64,000 nucleotides of DNA from an uncultured Gammaproteobacteria bacterium. Its GTDB lineage: Bacteria > Pseudomonadota > Gammaproteobacteria > UBA9214. The first letter of the stretch is position 1. Each line of letters starts with the position of its first letter. Where the stretch lies: positions 1 to 64,000 of the forward strand of contig CAWHCQ010000007.1 in assembly GCA_963827755.1 (NCBI GenBank). The letters are read 5' to 3'. Position numbers and translations under genes: made by a program. The notes below the pieces were generated by a model. That model made no database searches. It was given only the letters and a program-made list of their open reading frames with translations, and was not told the DNA's origin. Shown in pieces: positions 20,559 through 29,486 of the stretch.

Positions 20559-21775
20559 GTTTCCACCCCGGCGATACGCAGGCGGCTTTTGACCCGCTGG
20601 TCGGACCCGGTCGTTGCCGACTGGATGTCAACGGACAAGGCGCCGTTTTTTGTCAACGCCTGTTTGAGCTGGTCCAGCAACTGCAGGCTGCCGACACTCA
20701 GGTCGAGGTCAAGCCGCCCGCCCCTGTAATTCGCCCCGGTAATTGCAACATCCTCGACATCCTTGATCACCACGCCGGCCTGCCCGATCAGGCTCAGAAA
20801 ACGGCTCTCGGTACGCCGCCCGAGCTGTAACTCGTCGAGTTTCTGCTGCATCTGGGCGCGCGGGTTCACCAGCCGCCTGGTTTCGGGAAGCGCCTTTCTG
20901 AATGTCTCCTCGATTTGTATTTTCAGCTGGTCGCTTTCCCTGCTGAGGCGGTAATAATCGACGGCCATGACGGCATTGCTGATAAGTACGCCGGCCAGCA
21001 GCAACGCGGCTGTTGCCCGCCACGGGTAGAGGACACGGTTCCATTCACCCGCGCGGCTGAACTCACCCTGCAGCAGGTTGATGGCCTTCAGGTCCAGTCC
21101 TTGCGAAAGCACGCCAAGCGGGTCGCGTGCGTAATGCTCAAGGCGGATTTCACCGGGGTATTCGCCGGTATCCACCGGCGCGGCATCCTGCTCCGTGAAC
21201 AGCTGCAAAACAGCGGACTCACCCGGTTCGTCCTGCCTGGCGGCTGTCAGCATGGCGCCGAGATTGTCACAATCCACCGCGTAGCCTGAATGGTCGCTGT
21301 CACGCACCACGGCCATATCCCGATCGACCAGGACACCGCTCCCGCCCTCGGGCAGCGGCACGGCCAGCTGCTCGGGCAGCACCTGCTGCACATCAAGACC
21401 GGCTTCGGAAAGTGAAGCCAGCAGCGCTTGCAGGCGCTGCCTGTTGGTAACGGCGACCTGCCAGGTGCCGTCAGCCAGCTCGGCGCCAAGGGCAAAGTGC
21501 AACTTCTCGACATCATCCGACAACTGTTCTTCCAGCGCATAGGGCACGGCCTGCAGCAGTTTCTTCCGCTGGCGACCGGGCACGCGCACACTGGTCAGCA
21601 GGCAGTCGGTAGCGGACAGCAACACGATCACCCGCAGGCCATTCGCCTCGGCGGCCGCATCAGCCAGCGAGCCCATGTGAATAACACCACGCGCCTCGCC
21701 CGCCGCGTCGAGATGCAACCAGCTCCAGCGCCGGGGTTCAAAAGGGTTGCCCCGCAGCAACAGCATGTTACGCAT
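20555..21775 (-). CDS. gspL: Type II secretion protein L
   Basis: AVPYALEEQLSDDVEKLHFA, INLLQGEF, TM, LVNPRAQM. Confidence 0.93.
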   Translation of the reverse strand: MRNMLLLRGNPFEPRRWSWLHLDAAGEARGVIHMGSLADAAAEANGLRVIVLLSATDCLLTSVRVPGRQRKKLLQAVPYALEEQLSDDVEKLHFALGAELADGTWQVAVTNRQRLQALLASLSEAGLDVQQVLPEQLAVPLPEGGSGVLVDRDMAVVRDSDHSGYAVDCDNLGAMLTAARQDEPGESAVLQLFTEQDAAPVDTGEYPGEIRLEHYARDPLGVLSQGLDLKAINLLQGEFSRAGEWNRVLYPWRATAALLLAGVLISNAVMAVDYYRLSRESDQLKIQIEETFRKALPETRRLVNPRAQMQQKLDELQLGRRTESRFLSLIGQAGVVIKDVEDVAITGANYRGGRLDLDLSVGSLQLLDQLKQALTKNGALSVDIQSATTGSDQRVKSRLRIAGVET

Positions 21776-21989
21776 GGTTGGGTACCGGTTTAATCATTGA
21801 AATTCCTGCAGTATCGTACCAGAAAACATCCCGGACAAGACAAACCCGGCCCGCAATAATCCGGCACCCTTTCAAATTGACAGCAACGGATACAGAACCA
21901 ACACAGCAGGGTGCGGTTTTCCTGTTTAATGGCCACGGCTTTACAATTTGGTGAGAGAAATTGTGATGTTTATGCATGAGCACCATTCA

Positions 21990-22967
21990 TCAAGGCATGA
22001 GCCGCGCCCGGGTCCTGCTGCGGGAAACCACCCGGCTGGCTCCATCCTTGCGCAGCAACACACTCTCCAGGCGAGCGTGGCCGCGTCCGATCGTCACGTC
22101 GGTTTGCAATCCAAACCAGTCGCTGCCGGTACCGATCGCAACCGCCACTTCCAGGCCAGCCAGTGCATCATGGGCCATAAATGCTGCCTTGTCGGCATAG
22201 CCATCCTCACCGCGGTCCGAGATCAGGGAGTCCACATCCGCATCGCTCAGGTTCTCGTTCAGTGCAAGCAGCACTCGCGCTGATGCCGTGTTCACGTTGA
22301 TAGCTGTTTTCTCCGGCAGCGCGGTAATGTGCGGTTCCAGTACCGCCAGCACTTCCGCACTGAAACCCTTCACCAGGCCCAGCTCGCTGACACTGATCAA
22401 GGGGCGGTTGGCCGTGCGATAGGGCGGATAATTCAGCAGGTAGGTGTCATCTTCGGCCCCGTCGGGATAGCGTGCCTCGATATCGGGATCAATCCAGTCG
22501 ATCAGTGCGTTGACCAGGGCGATATCCAGCTCAAGCCCCAGCAGCAGGCGGGTGAAATAGTCCCTGTCCGCCTCGCTCGGGCCTTTTTCATCAACCAGGT
22601 TATTGACGTTGAAGCGCCCCTGCAGGTCACTGATGCGGCCATCGACAAACCCGCCTTCCACGGAAATGGGCGGCAATGCCATGGCCCAGTCCTCCTCCAG
22701 CATGTCGTTGTCGCTATCTTCCGCATCCCGATCCATGATCACCTCGGCCCAGCTTTCGGCGGCCAGCGCATAGGCGTAGGCCTGTTCCCCGTGCAACAGG
22801 TTGCCGGTACGCCGCACGTCGATATGCTGACGGGTCGCCATGGCAACGGCCGCCACGGTTGCCAGGCTGACGACCAGCAGCGCGGTCAGCAGGGCAACAC
22901 CGCGTTGACCGGCTGCCGCGCCGGTCGCGGGATTATTTTTCCGCCTGGCTGAAGGGTCGCGGTTCAT
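21990..22967 (-). CDS. gspK: Type II secretion minor pseudopilin K
   Basis: QRGVALLTALLVV, DLQGRFNVNNL, ALIDWID, INVNTA. Confidence 0.94.
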   Translation of the reverse strand: MNRDPSARRKNNPATGAAAGQRGVALLTALLVVSLATVAAVAMATRQHIDVRRTGNLLHGEQAYAYALAAESWAEVIMDRDAEDSDNDMLEEDWAMALPPISVEGGFVDGRISDLQGRFNVNNLVDEKGPSEADRDYFTRLLLGLELDIALVNALIDWIDPDIEARYPDGAEDDTYLLNYPPYRTANRPLISVSELGLVKGFSAEVLAVLEPHITALPEKTAINVNTASARVLLALNENLSDADVDSLISDRGEDGYADKAAFMAHDALAGLEVAVAIGTGSDWFGLQTDVTIGRGHARLESVLLRKDGASRVVSRSRTRARLMP

Positions 22968-23578
22968 CGCGGCAACTGAAACAGCCACACCAGCAGGCCG
23001 TAATGTTCGTGCTCGATCGTCACCTCGACCGCCGCCGGCAGCGCCCCGGTCGATGTCCCGGCGGATTCCTCAAGCGGCGCCGGCCACTGTTCCTGCCACT
23101 CGTCGTTGGCTGCCAGGTAGCGCAGCTGCATATTGTCGAGATTGTCCAGCAGCAGTTGTTCAACCGGCTGGCTGTCCTGGGCACGGTCGAGCACCTGCCA
23201 GGCATAGCGCCGCAGCTCCCGGTCCTCCCGGGCGTAAGCCACCCGTTGCAGGGTGCTGCGTGGACGGCCAAGCGGATTGTTCCAGCCGTCACGGGTGAAC
23301 TCCAGTGTCTGGTCACCGACCAGCGGTGCCTGTTCATCACCGAACTCATCGCGTACCGGGCGCGCCACCATCTGCTCGATATCGCGTTGCATCACCAGGT
23401 AGGCCTTCTGCAGCGCTGCCAGGCGCTCGGCCTCGGCTTCAGTCCGAAACTGCTGCTCCAGCACCGAGGCCAGCCCGCCATAGGACATCACCGCCAACAG
23501 GCCGAAAATCGCCAGCGCGATCAGCATTTCCAGCAGGGTAAACCCGCCAAGGCCGGATATTTCGGGGGTGCGCTTCAT
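22964..23578 (-). CDS. gspJ: Type II secretion minor pseudopilin J
   Basis: GFTLLEMLIALAIF, RPVRDEFGD, GWNNPLGRPRSTLQRVAY. Confidence 0.94.
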   Translation of the reverse strand: MKRTPEISGLGGFTLLEMLIALAIFGLLAVMSYGGLASVLEQQFRTEAEAERLAALQKAYLVMQRDIEQMVARPVRDEFGDEQAPLVGDQTLEFTRDGWNNPLGRPRSTLQRVAYAREDRELRRYAWQVLDRAQDSQPVEQLLLDNLDNMQLRYLAANDEWQEQWPAPLEESAGTSTGALPAAVEVTIEHEHYGLLVWLFQLPR

Positions 23579-23956
23579 TGCTCAGGTTGCTTGAGAAAAC
23601 CGCTCAATACCGTGATCGGGTCTGCATCGTCGGCATCAAGCGCACGTACTTCCACGTCAATGCGCCGCAATCGCTCCTCGTCGGTCTGGGAGATATTTGC
23701 CAGCCATTGCCACTCCCGCCTGCCCATCTCCAGGGTCCCCTCGCGCTCGCCCACGTCCGGCCACTCCTGTTCCAGCTGGTGCTGCACAAGTACATTGCGC
23801 GCAACCCAGGCCGTCAGGGTACGGTCGCGCAGATAGGACTGGTTATCGGTGTAGTCGGCCGGCCGCCCTGATCACGGCGCCCATGGCCAGCGCCAGCACG
23901 GCCAGGGCGACCATGATCTCGAGCAGGGTGAATCCCCGCGCGTTCCGGCACCTCAC
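23575..23956 (-). CDS. gspI: Type II secretion minor pseudopilin I (frameshifted)
   Basis: GFTLLEIMVALAVLA, YLRDRTLTAWVARN, EMGRREWQW...LRRIDVEV. Confidence 0.88.
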
Positions 23957-24501
23957 AGGCTCTCCTCCCTCTCCCAGGCCAGCTCACCCAGCAGTGAAGC
24001 CGTCAGGTAATAGCGGGCCTCGCTCAAGCTCGCCTGCAGGCGTACCGTAAAGGGCGTGATCTCGCCGCTGGAGAGGATATAGACCTGCGGGACCAGGGCG
24101 TCGTCTGCGTCCTCTTCTTCGGCATCGCCCGCGACCAGCAGCGGTAACTCGCCCTCGACTTCAAGGTGCAGCTCGATACCGGCAGGCAGACTGTGGGACT
24201 TGAACAGGACATCGTCCGGCGGCGTTTCCCAGCCGGCATTGCCCAGGACCAGAAAGGCATAACTGTCATCGGTGAAATGCAGGGCCAGTTCCTCACCGCG
24301 GATAATGGCTTCATCGCTGGCCATGTCGAGCAGGGTCGCCAGGCGGCGGGTTTCCTGTTCCATCAGTTCAGCCACGTCATCACCACCGAGTGACAGCACG
24401 GCAAAGCTGAAGATAATCCCGATCAGGACGATGACGACCAGCAACTCGATCAGGGTGAAACCGGCAGGCTGCCTGAATGAAGCAGCAGGCATCAGGGACA
24501 T
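23953..24501 (-). CDS. gspH: Type II secretion minor pseudopilin H
   Basis: GFTLIELLVVIVLIGI, PQVYILSSGEITPF. Confidence 0.93.
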   Translation of the reverse strand: MSLMPAASFRQPAGFTLIELLVVIVLIGIIFSFAVLSLGGDDVAELMEQETRRLATLLDMASDEAIIRGEELALHFTDDSYAFLVLGNAGWETPPDDVLFKSHSLPAGIELHLEVEGELPLLVAGDAEEEDADDALVPQVYILSSGEITPFTVRLQASLSEARYYLTASLLGELAWEREESL

Positions 24502-24536
24502 AAGGAGGCTCTCTATTCCCGGACAGCCGCCTGAGG

Positions 24537-24959
24537 CTACTGCGGGTTCCAGTTGGCTATGTCGTCTTCGCTGGGCACCTGGTCAGGGCCGAGCGAGTAG
24601 ACATCGATGTCGCCGTGCACGCCCGGGCTCAGATATTGATAGGGTTGTTTCCAGGGATCCAGCGGCAACCGGTCGACGTAACCCCCGGCCTGCCAGTTGG
24701 CCGGCTCCGGTGAACCGGGTTTTTCAACCAGTGCTTCCAGGCCCTGGTCCGTGTTCGGGTAGACGTAGTTATCCATCTTGTACATCTTCAGCGCCCCTTC
24801 CAGCGCCTGGATGTCCAGGCTCGCCTTGGTCTTGCGCGCCTGGTCGGGACGGTCCATCACCCTGGGCACCAGGATGGCCGCCAGGATACCGAGGATCACC
24901 ACCACGACCATCACTTCGATCAGGGTAAAACCCTGCTGTCCAAACTGTTTACGATTCAT
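24537..24959 (-). CDS. gspG: Type II secretion major pseudopilin G
   Basis: GFTLIEVMVVVVILGILAA, YPNTDQGLEALV, LPLDPWKQPYQY. Confidence 0.96.
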   Translation of the reverse strand: MNRKQFGQQGFTLIEVMVVVVILGILAAILVPRVMDRPDQARKTKASLDIQALEGALKMYKMDNYVYPNTDQGLEALVEKPGSPEPANWQAGGYVDRLPLDPWKQPYQYLSPGVHGDIDVYSLGPDQVPSEDDIANWNPQ

Positions 24960-25106
24960 GCAAATAACCTGATTGTTGGTAGAAGAGCGCTTGCCCGCAA
25001 TCCGGCGGGCAGGCGGTTACTGCCATTCTAATGGGTTTTGGCAGCGGGGATACAGTTGATTGAGTGTCACGCCGCTAACGGCGCTTTCAGACCGGGATAG
25101 ACGAAA

Positions 25107-25598
25107 TCAGTTCAGTACAAGCTGGTTGCGCACCTTCAGGGCGTACAGGTGGCGTTCCGCATCCACCAGGTGCTGCCCCCAGTGGGTGCGGTAGCTGGAC
25201 TGCCAGACCTGCGCAGCCCGCTGCGGCCAGGCCTCGTCAAGCAGTTGCAGCCCGTGCTGCAGGTCAAAATAGATGTCCGTCAGGTCATCGGCCAGGCTGC
25301 CCGACATGTGCATCTCCTCGGGAGAGGCATCAAACTCAAGCCAGTAGCTGTCACGCTCTCCCAGCACCTTGCGCAGACGGCTGTAGAGTTCGAAACGCTC
25401 ATCCAGGTCGACGTCCGGCAGGGGTGCATCACCGGTGTCGTAGGCCGTCAGCGCGGTCACCGCCAGGTGCAGGCGCGGCATCAGGCTGAACAGGGACTCC
25501 AGCCACTCGCCCCGGCCCCACCCGGTTCGCTCGACCAGCTGACAATAATTCTCGGCGACACCGACCATATCTGCCAGGGTTTCGGTAAGCGTAATCAT
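25107..25598 (-). CDS. Conserved hypothetical protein (DUF5063-like)
   Basis: GSLADDLTDIYFDLQHGL...WQSSYRTHWGQH; ATG at 25598. Confidence 0.7.
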   Translation of the reverse strand: MITLTETLADMVGVAENYCQLVERTGWGRGEWLESLFSLMPRLHLAVTALTAYDTGDAPLPDVDLDERFELYSRLRKVLGERDSYWLEFDASPEEMHMSGSLADDLTDIYFDLQHGLQLLDEAWPQRAAQVWQSSYRTHWGQHLVDAERHLYALKVRNQLVLN

Positions 25599-25708
25599 CT
25601 TCTTGCCTTTTTGCTTGTAATACAGGTACTTGTATCCAAAAGTAGAGGCCCTGCCCCGCCAGCGCAGGCGCATCAATTACCAGTGTAGTCAAGATTCGCG
25701 AGTCCGCC

Positions 25709-25882
25709 TCAGACTTCCACCATTTCAAAGTCTCTCTTTTCGGCACCACATTCCGGGCAGACCCAGTTTTCCGGAATGTCCGCCCAGCGCGTACCGGGCG
25801 GAAAACCTTCCTCGGGCAGGCCGGCCTCCTCGTTATAGATAAAACCACACACCACGCACATATATTCCCGATAGCTCTTCAT
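25709..25882 (-). CDS. Rubredoxin (missed by the ORF track)
   Basis: Hand translation: [57 protein letters not shown]; two CxxCG motifs. Confidence 0.95.
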   Translation of the reverse strand: MKSYREYMCVVCGFIYNEEAGLPEEGFPPGTRWADIPENWVCPECGAEKRDFEMVEV

Positions 25883-26027
25883 GTTCATATCCCGTTATCA
25901 AATTGCAACTGCAGGCAGCCTTGAGGAGAGGCATTGTAACGACACGGGTGGCCAATAAACAGGGTGCATCGAGTGCTAGAATGCATCACTGGCACACATC
26001 TACCCCTGACAGGCAGCACGGCCCCAC

Positions 26028-26822
26028 GTGATGACAAAAACCCCGATCGTAATGACCTTTTCCGGTCACGACCCAAGCGGTGGTGCAGGTATCCAGGCCG
26101 ACATCGAGTCGCTGGCCAGCCTGGGGTGCCGGGCGGCGCCGGTGATCACGGCGCTGACCGTACAGGACACCCGTGACGTGCTTGCCGCCACCCCGCTGCA
26201 TGCCGACAAGGTCACGGCGCAGGCGCGCGCGGTGCTGGCCGATCTGCCGGTTGCCGCCTTCAAGATCGGCATGCTCGGCAGTGCCGCAAACGCCGCGGCC
26301 ATTCACGCAATCGTGCAGGACTACCCGCACCTGCCGCTGGTGCTGGACCCGGTACTGGCCTCCGGCGGTGGTACCGCGCTCGGCAGTGACGGTCTGCTGG
26401 AGGCGCTGCGCACCTTGTTGCTCCCCTGCACAACGCTGCTCACGCCCAACAGCCATGAAGCGCGTGCCCTGGCCATGCACGGCGAATCGCTGGATGACTG
26501 TGCCCTTGTCCTGCTCGAGCAGGGTGCCGACTATGTATTGGTAACCGGGACCCACGAAGAGACGACGCACGTCATCAACACCCTGTACCACGAACAACAG
26601 TTGCTGGAATCATTCAGCTGGGAGCGCCTGCCGCACAGTTACCATGGCTCGGGGTGTACCCTCGCGGCCGCGATCGCCGGCCTGCTCGCCCATGGACTCG
26701 ATCCCTTCCAGGCCGTGCACGAGGCCCAGGAATTCACCTGGAATGCACTCCAGGCGGGCGACCGTCCCGGCAAGGGCCAGTACCTGCCCGACCGCCTCTT
26801 CTGGGCCCGGCAGGATGACTAG
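26028..26822 (+). CDS. thiD: Hydroxymethylpyrimidine/phosphomethylpyrimidine kinase
   Basis: GHDPSGGAGIQADI, KIGMLGS, VLDPVL, TPNSHEA, HGSGCTLAAAIA. Confidence 0.9.
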   Translation: MMTKTPIVMTFSGHDPSGGAGIQADIESLASLGCRAAPVITALTVQDTRDVLAATPLHADKVTAQARAVLADLPVAAFKIGMLGSAANAAAIHAIVQDYPHLPLVLDPVLASGGGTALGSDGLLEALRTLLLPCTTLLTPNSHEARALAMHGESLDDCALVLLEQGADYVLVTGTHEETTHVINTLYHEQQLLESFSWERLPHSYHGSGCTLAAAIAGLLAHGLDPFQAVHEAQEFTWNALQAGDRPGKGQYLPDRLFWARQDD

Positions 26823-27466
26823 CGCCCTGCCGGAAAACGGCCTCTACGCCATTACCGACAGCCAGCTGATTCCGGCAGGAGCATTGCTTGACCACGTCGC
26901 ACAGGCAATCGCCGGCGGTGCCCGACTCATTCAATACCGCGACAAGCAGCAATCCCTGCTCGAGCGCAAACAGGCCGCCGCACGGCTGCAGCGGCTGTGT
27001 GCACAACAGGGCGTGCCGCTGATCATCAATGACGATATTGAACTGGCACGCGACGGTGGGTGCCGCCGGTGTACACCTGGGCCGCGACGATGCGGCCATC
27101 GGCGAGGCGCGCGCACGGCTCGGGCCGGCGGCCATCATCGGCGCATCCTGTTACAACCGGCTGGAAAATGCCGTTGCCGCGGCCCGCGCGGGTGCCAGCT
27201 ATATTGCCTTCGGGCGCTTCTTCAGTTCGCAAAGCAAACCGGATGCCGTGCAGGCGGACATTGCCCTGCTGGCGCAGGCACGCGCACAACCCGGCCTGCC
27301 GATTGCCGCCATCGGCGGCATCACCCCGGAAAACGGCCGTCAACTGGTCGCGGCCGGCGCCGACCTGCTGGCCGTGATTCACGGGGTGTTCGGCCAGGCG
27401 GATATCGAGGCGGCTGCGCGTCGCTATGCGGACTGTTTTTGCATGCCGGTGAAACCGTCCGGGTGA
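26815..27466 (+). CDS. thiE: Thiamine-phosphate synthase (one frameshift near 27050)
   Basis: GLYAITD, IQYRDK, LIINDD, GVHLGRDD, IGASCYN, AIGGITPEN. Confidence 0.92.
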
Positions 27467-27480
27467 CGGAGGTCGGTTAT

Positions 27481-28120
27481 TGTTGGGGGCGCCTTGCAGG
27501 CGCTGGTTTTATTTGATGCGGGCTCTCGCGCCCGCCGGCGAGATACTTTTCTTTGCTTCGCCGAAGAGAAACGTACACCAAATAGATGCGGGTCGCGCGC
27601 CGGCGAGATACTTTCTTTGCTCGCCAAAGAAACGTACCAAAGAAAGGCACCCGAAGACTGCCCGCTGCGCGGGTTCCCTGCGCTTCTCGCGAAAACCGGC
27701 GCATGCGCAACTCGCAATCTCGCTACGCTCGAAAGCTCAAACAGGGTGCGCGGCTTCTCCGGTTTCACTGCGGTACTCGGTGCGTCCTACGGGAGGGGTA
27801 GATCAAACCCCCATACTCAGTGAGTATGGGGTGTTGATCTACCCCTCCCGTAGGCGCAGCCGAGCATCGCAGTGAAAACCGGATGAAGCATGCGCCCTGT
27901 TTGAGCTTTCGAGCGCAGCGAGATTGCGAGTTGCGCATGCGCCGGTTTTCGCGAGAAGCGCAGGGAACCCGAATACTCATTGAAAATGAGTATTCGGGCG
28001 CAGCCTCCGGGTCGCCTTTCTTTTGGGTACTTTTCTTTGGCGAAGCAAAGAAAAGTATCTCGCCGGCGGGCGCGAGAGCCCGCATCAAATAAAACCAGCG
28101 CCTGCAAGGCGCCCCATACA
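27481..28120. repeat. ~640-bp imperfect palindrome between thiE and hemL
   Basis: Left arm GGGGCGCCTTGCAGGCGCTGGTTTTATTTGATGCGGGCTCTCGCGCCCGCCGGCGAGATACTTTTCTTTGCTTCGCC.. is mirrored at the right end; centre CCCCATACTCA-G-TGAGTATGGGG at 27809-27831. Confidence 0.95.
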
Positions 28121-28185
28121 AGATAGGCTCCGTACCCTCTCCAGTATTTGCTACCATGGACCACAATCAGAACAAGGACTCACAC

Positions 28186-29466
28186 ATGACCCGCTCACAC
28201 GATCTGTTCCAGTCGGCCTGCCGGCATATTCCCGGGGGCGTCAATTCACCGGTGCGCGCCTTCAAGGGGGTCGGTGGCGACCCGGTGTTCTTCAGCCGCG
28301 GCGAAGGGGCGTGGCTGTTCGATGCCGATGACAAATGCTACATCGATTACGTCGGCTCCTGGGGGCCGATGATTGCCGGCCATGCACACCCCGAGGTGAT
28401 CAGGGCGGTCCGGGAAATGGCGGCACAGGGGCTTGGCTTCGGCGCACCCACGGAAATCGAGACCCGCATGGCCGATCTGCTCTGCGAGCTGGTGCCGTCG
28501 ATGGACATGGTGCGCATGGTCAACTCGGGCACCGAGGCGACCATGAGCGCCATCCGCCTGGCGCGCGGTTTCACCGGGCGCGACCGCATTATCAAGTTCG
28601 AGGGTTGCTACCATGGCCACTCCGATGCCCTGCTGGTCAAGGCCGGTTCCGGCACCCTCACCCTCGGCGTGCCCACCTCACCCGGCGTTCCCGCGGCCGT
28701 GGCCGCCCATACCAGCACCCTGACCTATAATGATCTTGACGGTATAGATGAAGTATTTGCATCGATCGGCAACGAAATTGCAGCGATAATCGTTGAACCT
28801 GTCGCTGGCAACATGAATTGCATTCCGCCGGTCCCCGGTTTCCTCGAAGGCCTGCGCAGCCGCTGCGATGAATACGGCAGCGTCCTCATCTTCGACGAGG
28901 TCATGACCGGTTTCCGCGTCGCCCTCGGCGGTGCCCAGCAGCACTACGGTGTCACGCCCGATCTCACCACGCTGGGGAAGGTCATCGGTGGCGGCCTGCC
29001 GGTCGGCGCCTTCGGCGGTCGTCGCGACATCATGGAGCAGCTTGCACCGCTGGGCCCGGTGTACCAGGCCGGCACCCTGTCCGGCAATCCCATCTCGCTC
29101 GCCGCCGGCCTGGCGACCCTGGAGCTGGCCTGCGCCGAGGGTTTCCACCAGCAGCTGGATCGTGCCGCGAAACGGCTGACTGCCGGGTTGCAGGTACAGG
29201 CCAACAGGGCCGGCATCCCCTTCAGCACCAACCAGGTCGGCGGGATGTTCGGCTGCTTCTTCAGCCCGGAAACGCCCGTCACCCGTTTCGAGCAGGTCAT
29301 GGCCTGTGACATCAAACGTTTCCAGGCCTTCTACCATGGCATGCTCGATGCCGGCGTGTATCTTGCGCCGTCGGCCTTTGAAGCCGGTTTTGTTTCCTCG
29401 GCACACACCGACGCCATCATCGATGCCACCGTGGATGCCGCCGGACGGGTATTTAAAACACTTTAA
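28186..29466 (+). CDS. hemL: Glutamate-1-semialdehyde 2,1-aminomutase
   Basis: [58 protein letters not shown]. Confidence 0.97.
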   Translation: MTRSHDLFQSACRHIPGGVNSPVRAFKGVGGDPVFFSRGEGAWLFDADDKCYIDYVGSWGPMIAGHAHPEVIRAVREMAAQGLGFGAPTEIETRMADLLCELVPSMDMVRMVNSGTEATMSAIRLARGFTGRDRIIKFEGCYHGHSDALLVKAGSGTLTLGVPTSPGVPAAVAAHTSTLTYNDLDGIDEVFASIGNEIAAIIVEPVAGNMNCIPPVPGFLEGLRSRCDEYGSVLIFDEVMTGFRVALGGAQQHYGVTPDLTTLGKVIGGGLPVGAFGGRRDIMEQLAPLGPVYQAGTLSGNPISLAAGLATLELACAEGFHQQLDRAAKRLTAGLQVQANRAGIPFSTNQVGGMFGCFFSPETPVTRFEQVMACDIKRFQAFYHGMLDAGVYLAPSAFEAGFVSSAHTDAIIDATVDAAGRVFKTL

Positions 29467-29486
29467 AGTACCGGCCGGCCAACCGC

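Noticed and set aside
27424-28166. Several ORFs with mutually similar translations on both strands
   Set aside because: They are by-products of the 640-bp palindrome, with no recognisable protein motifs.
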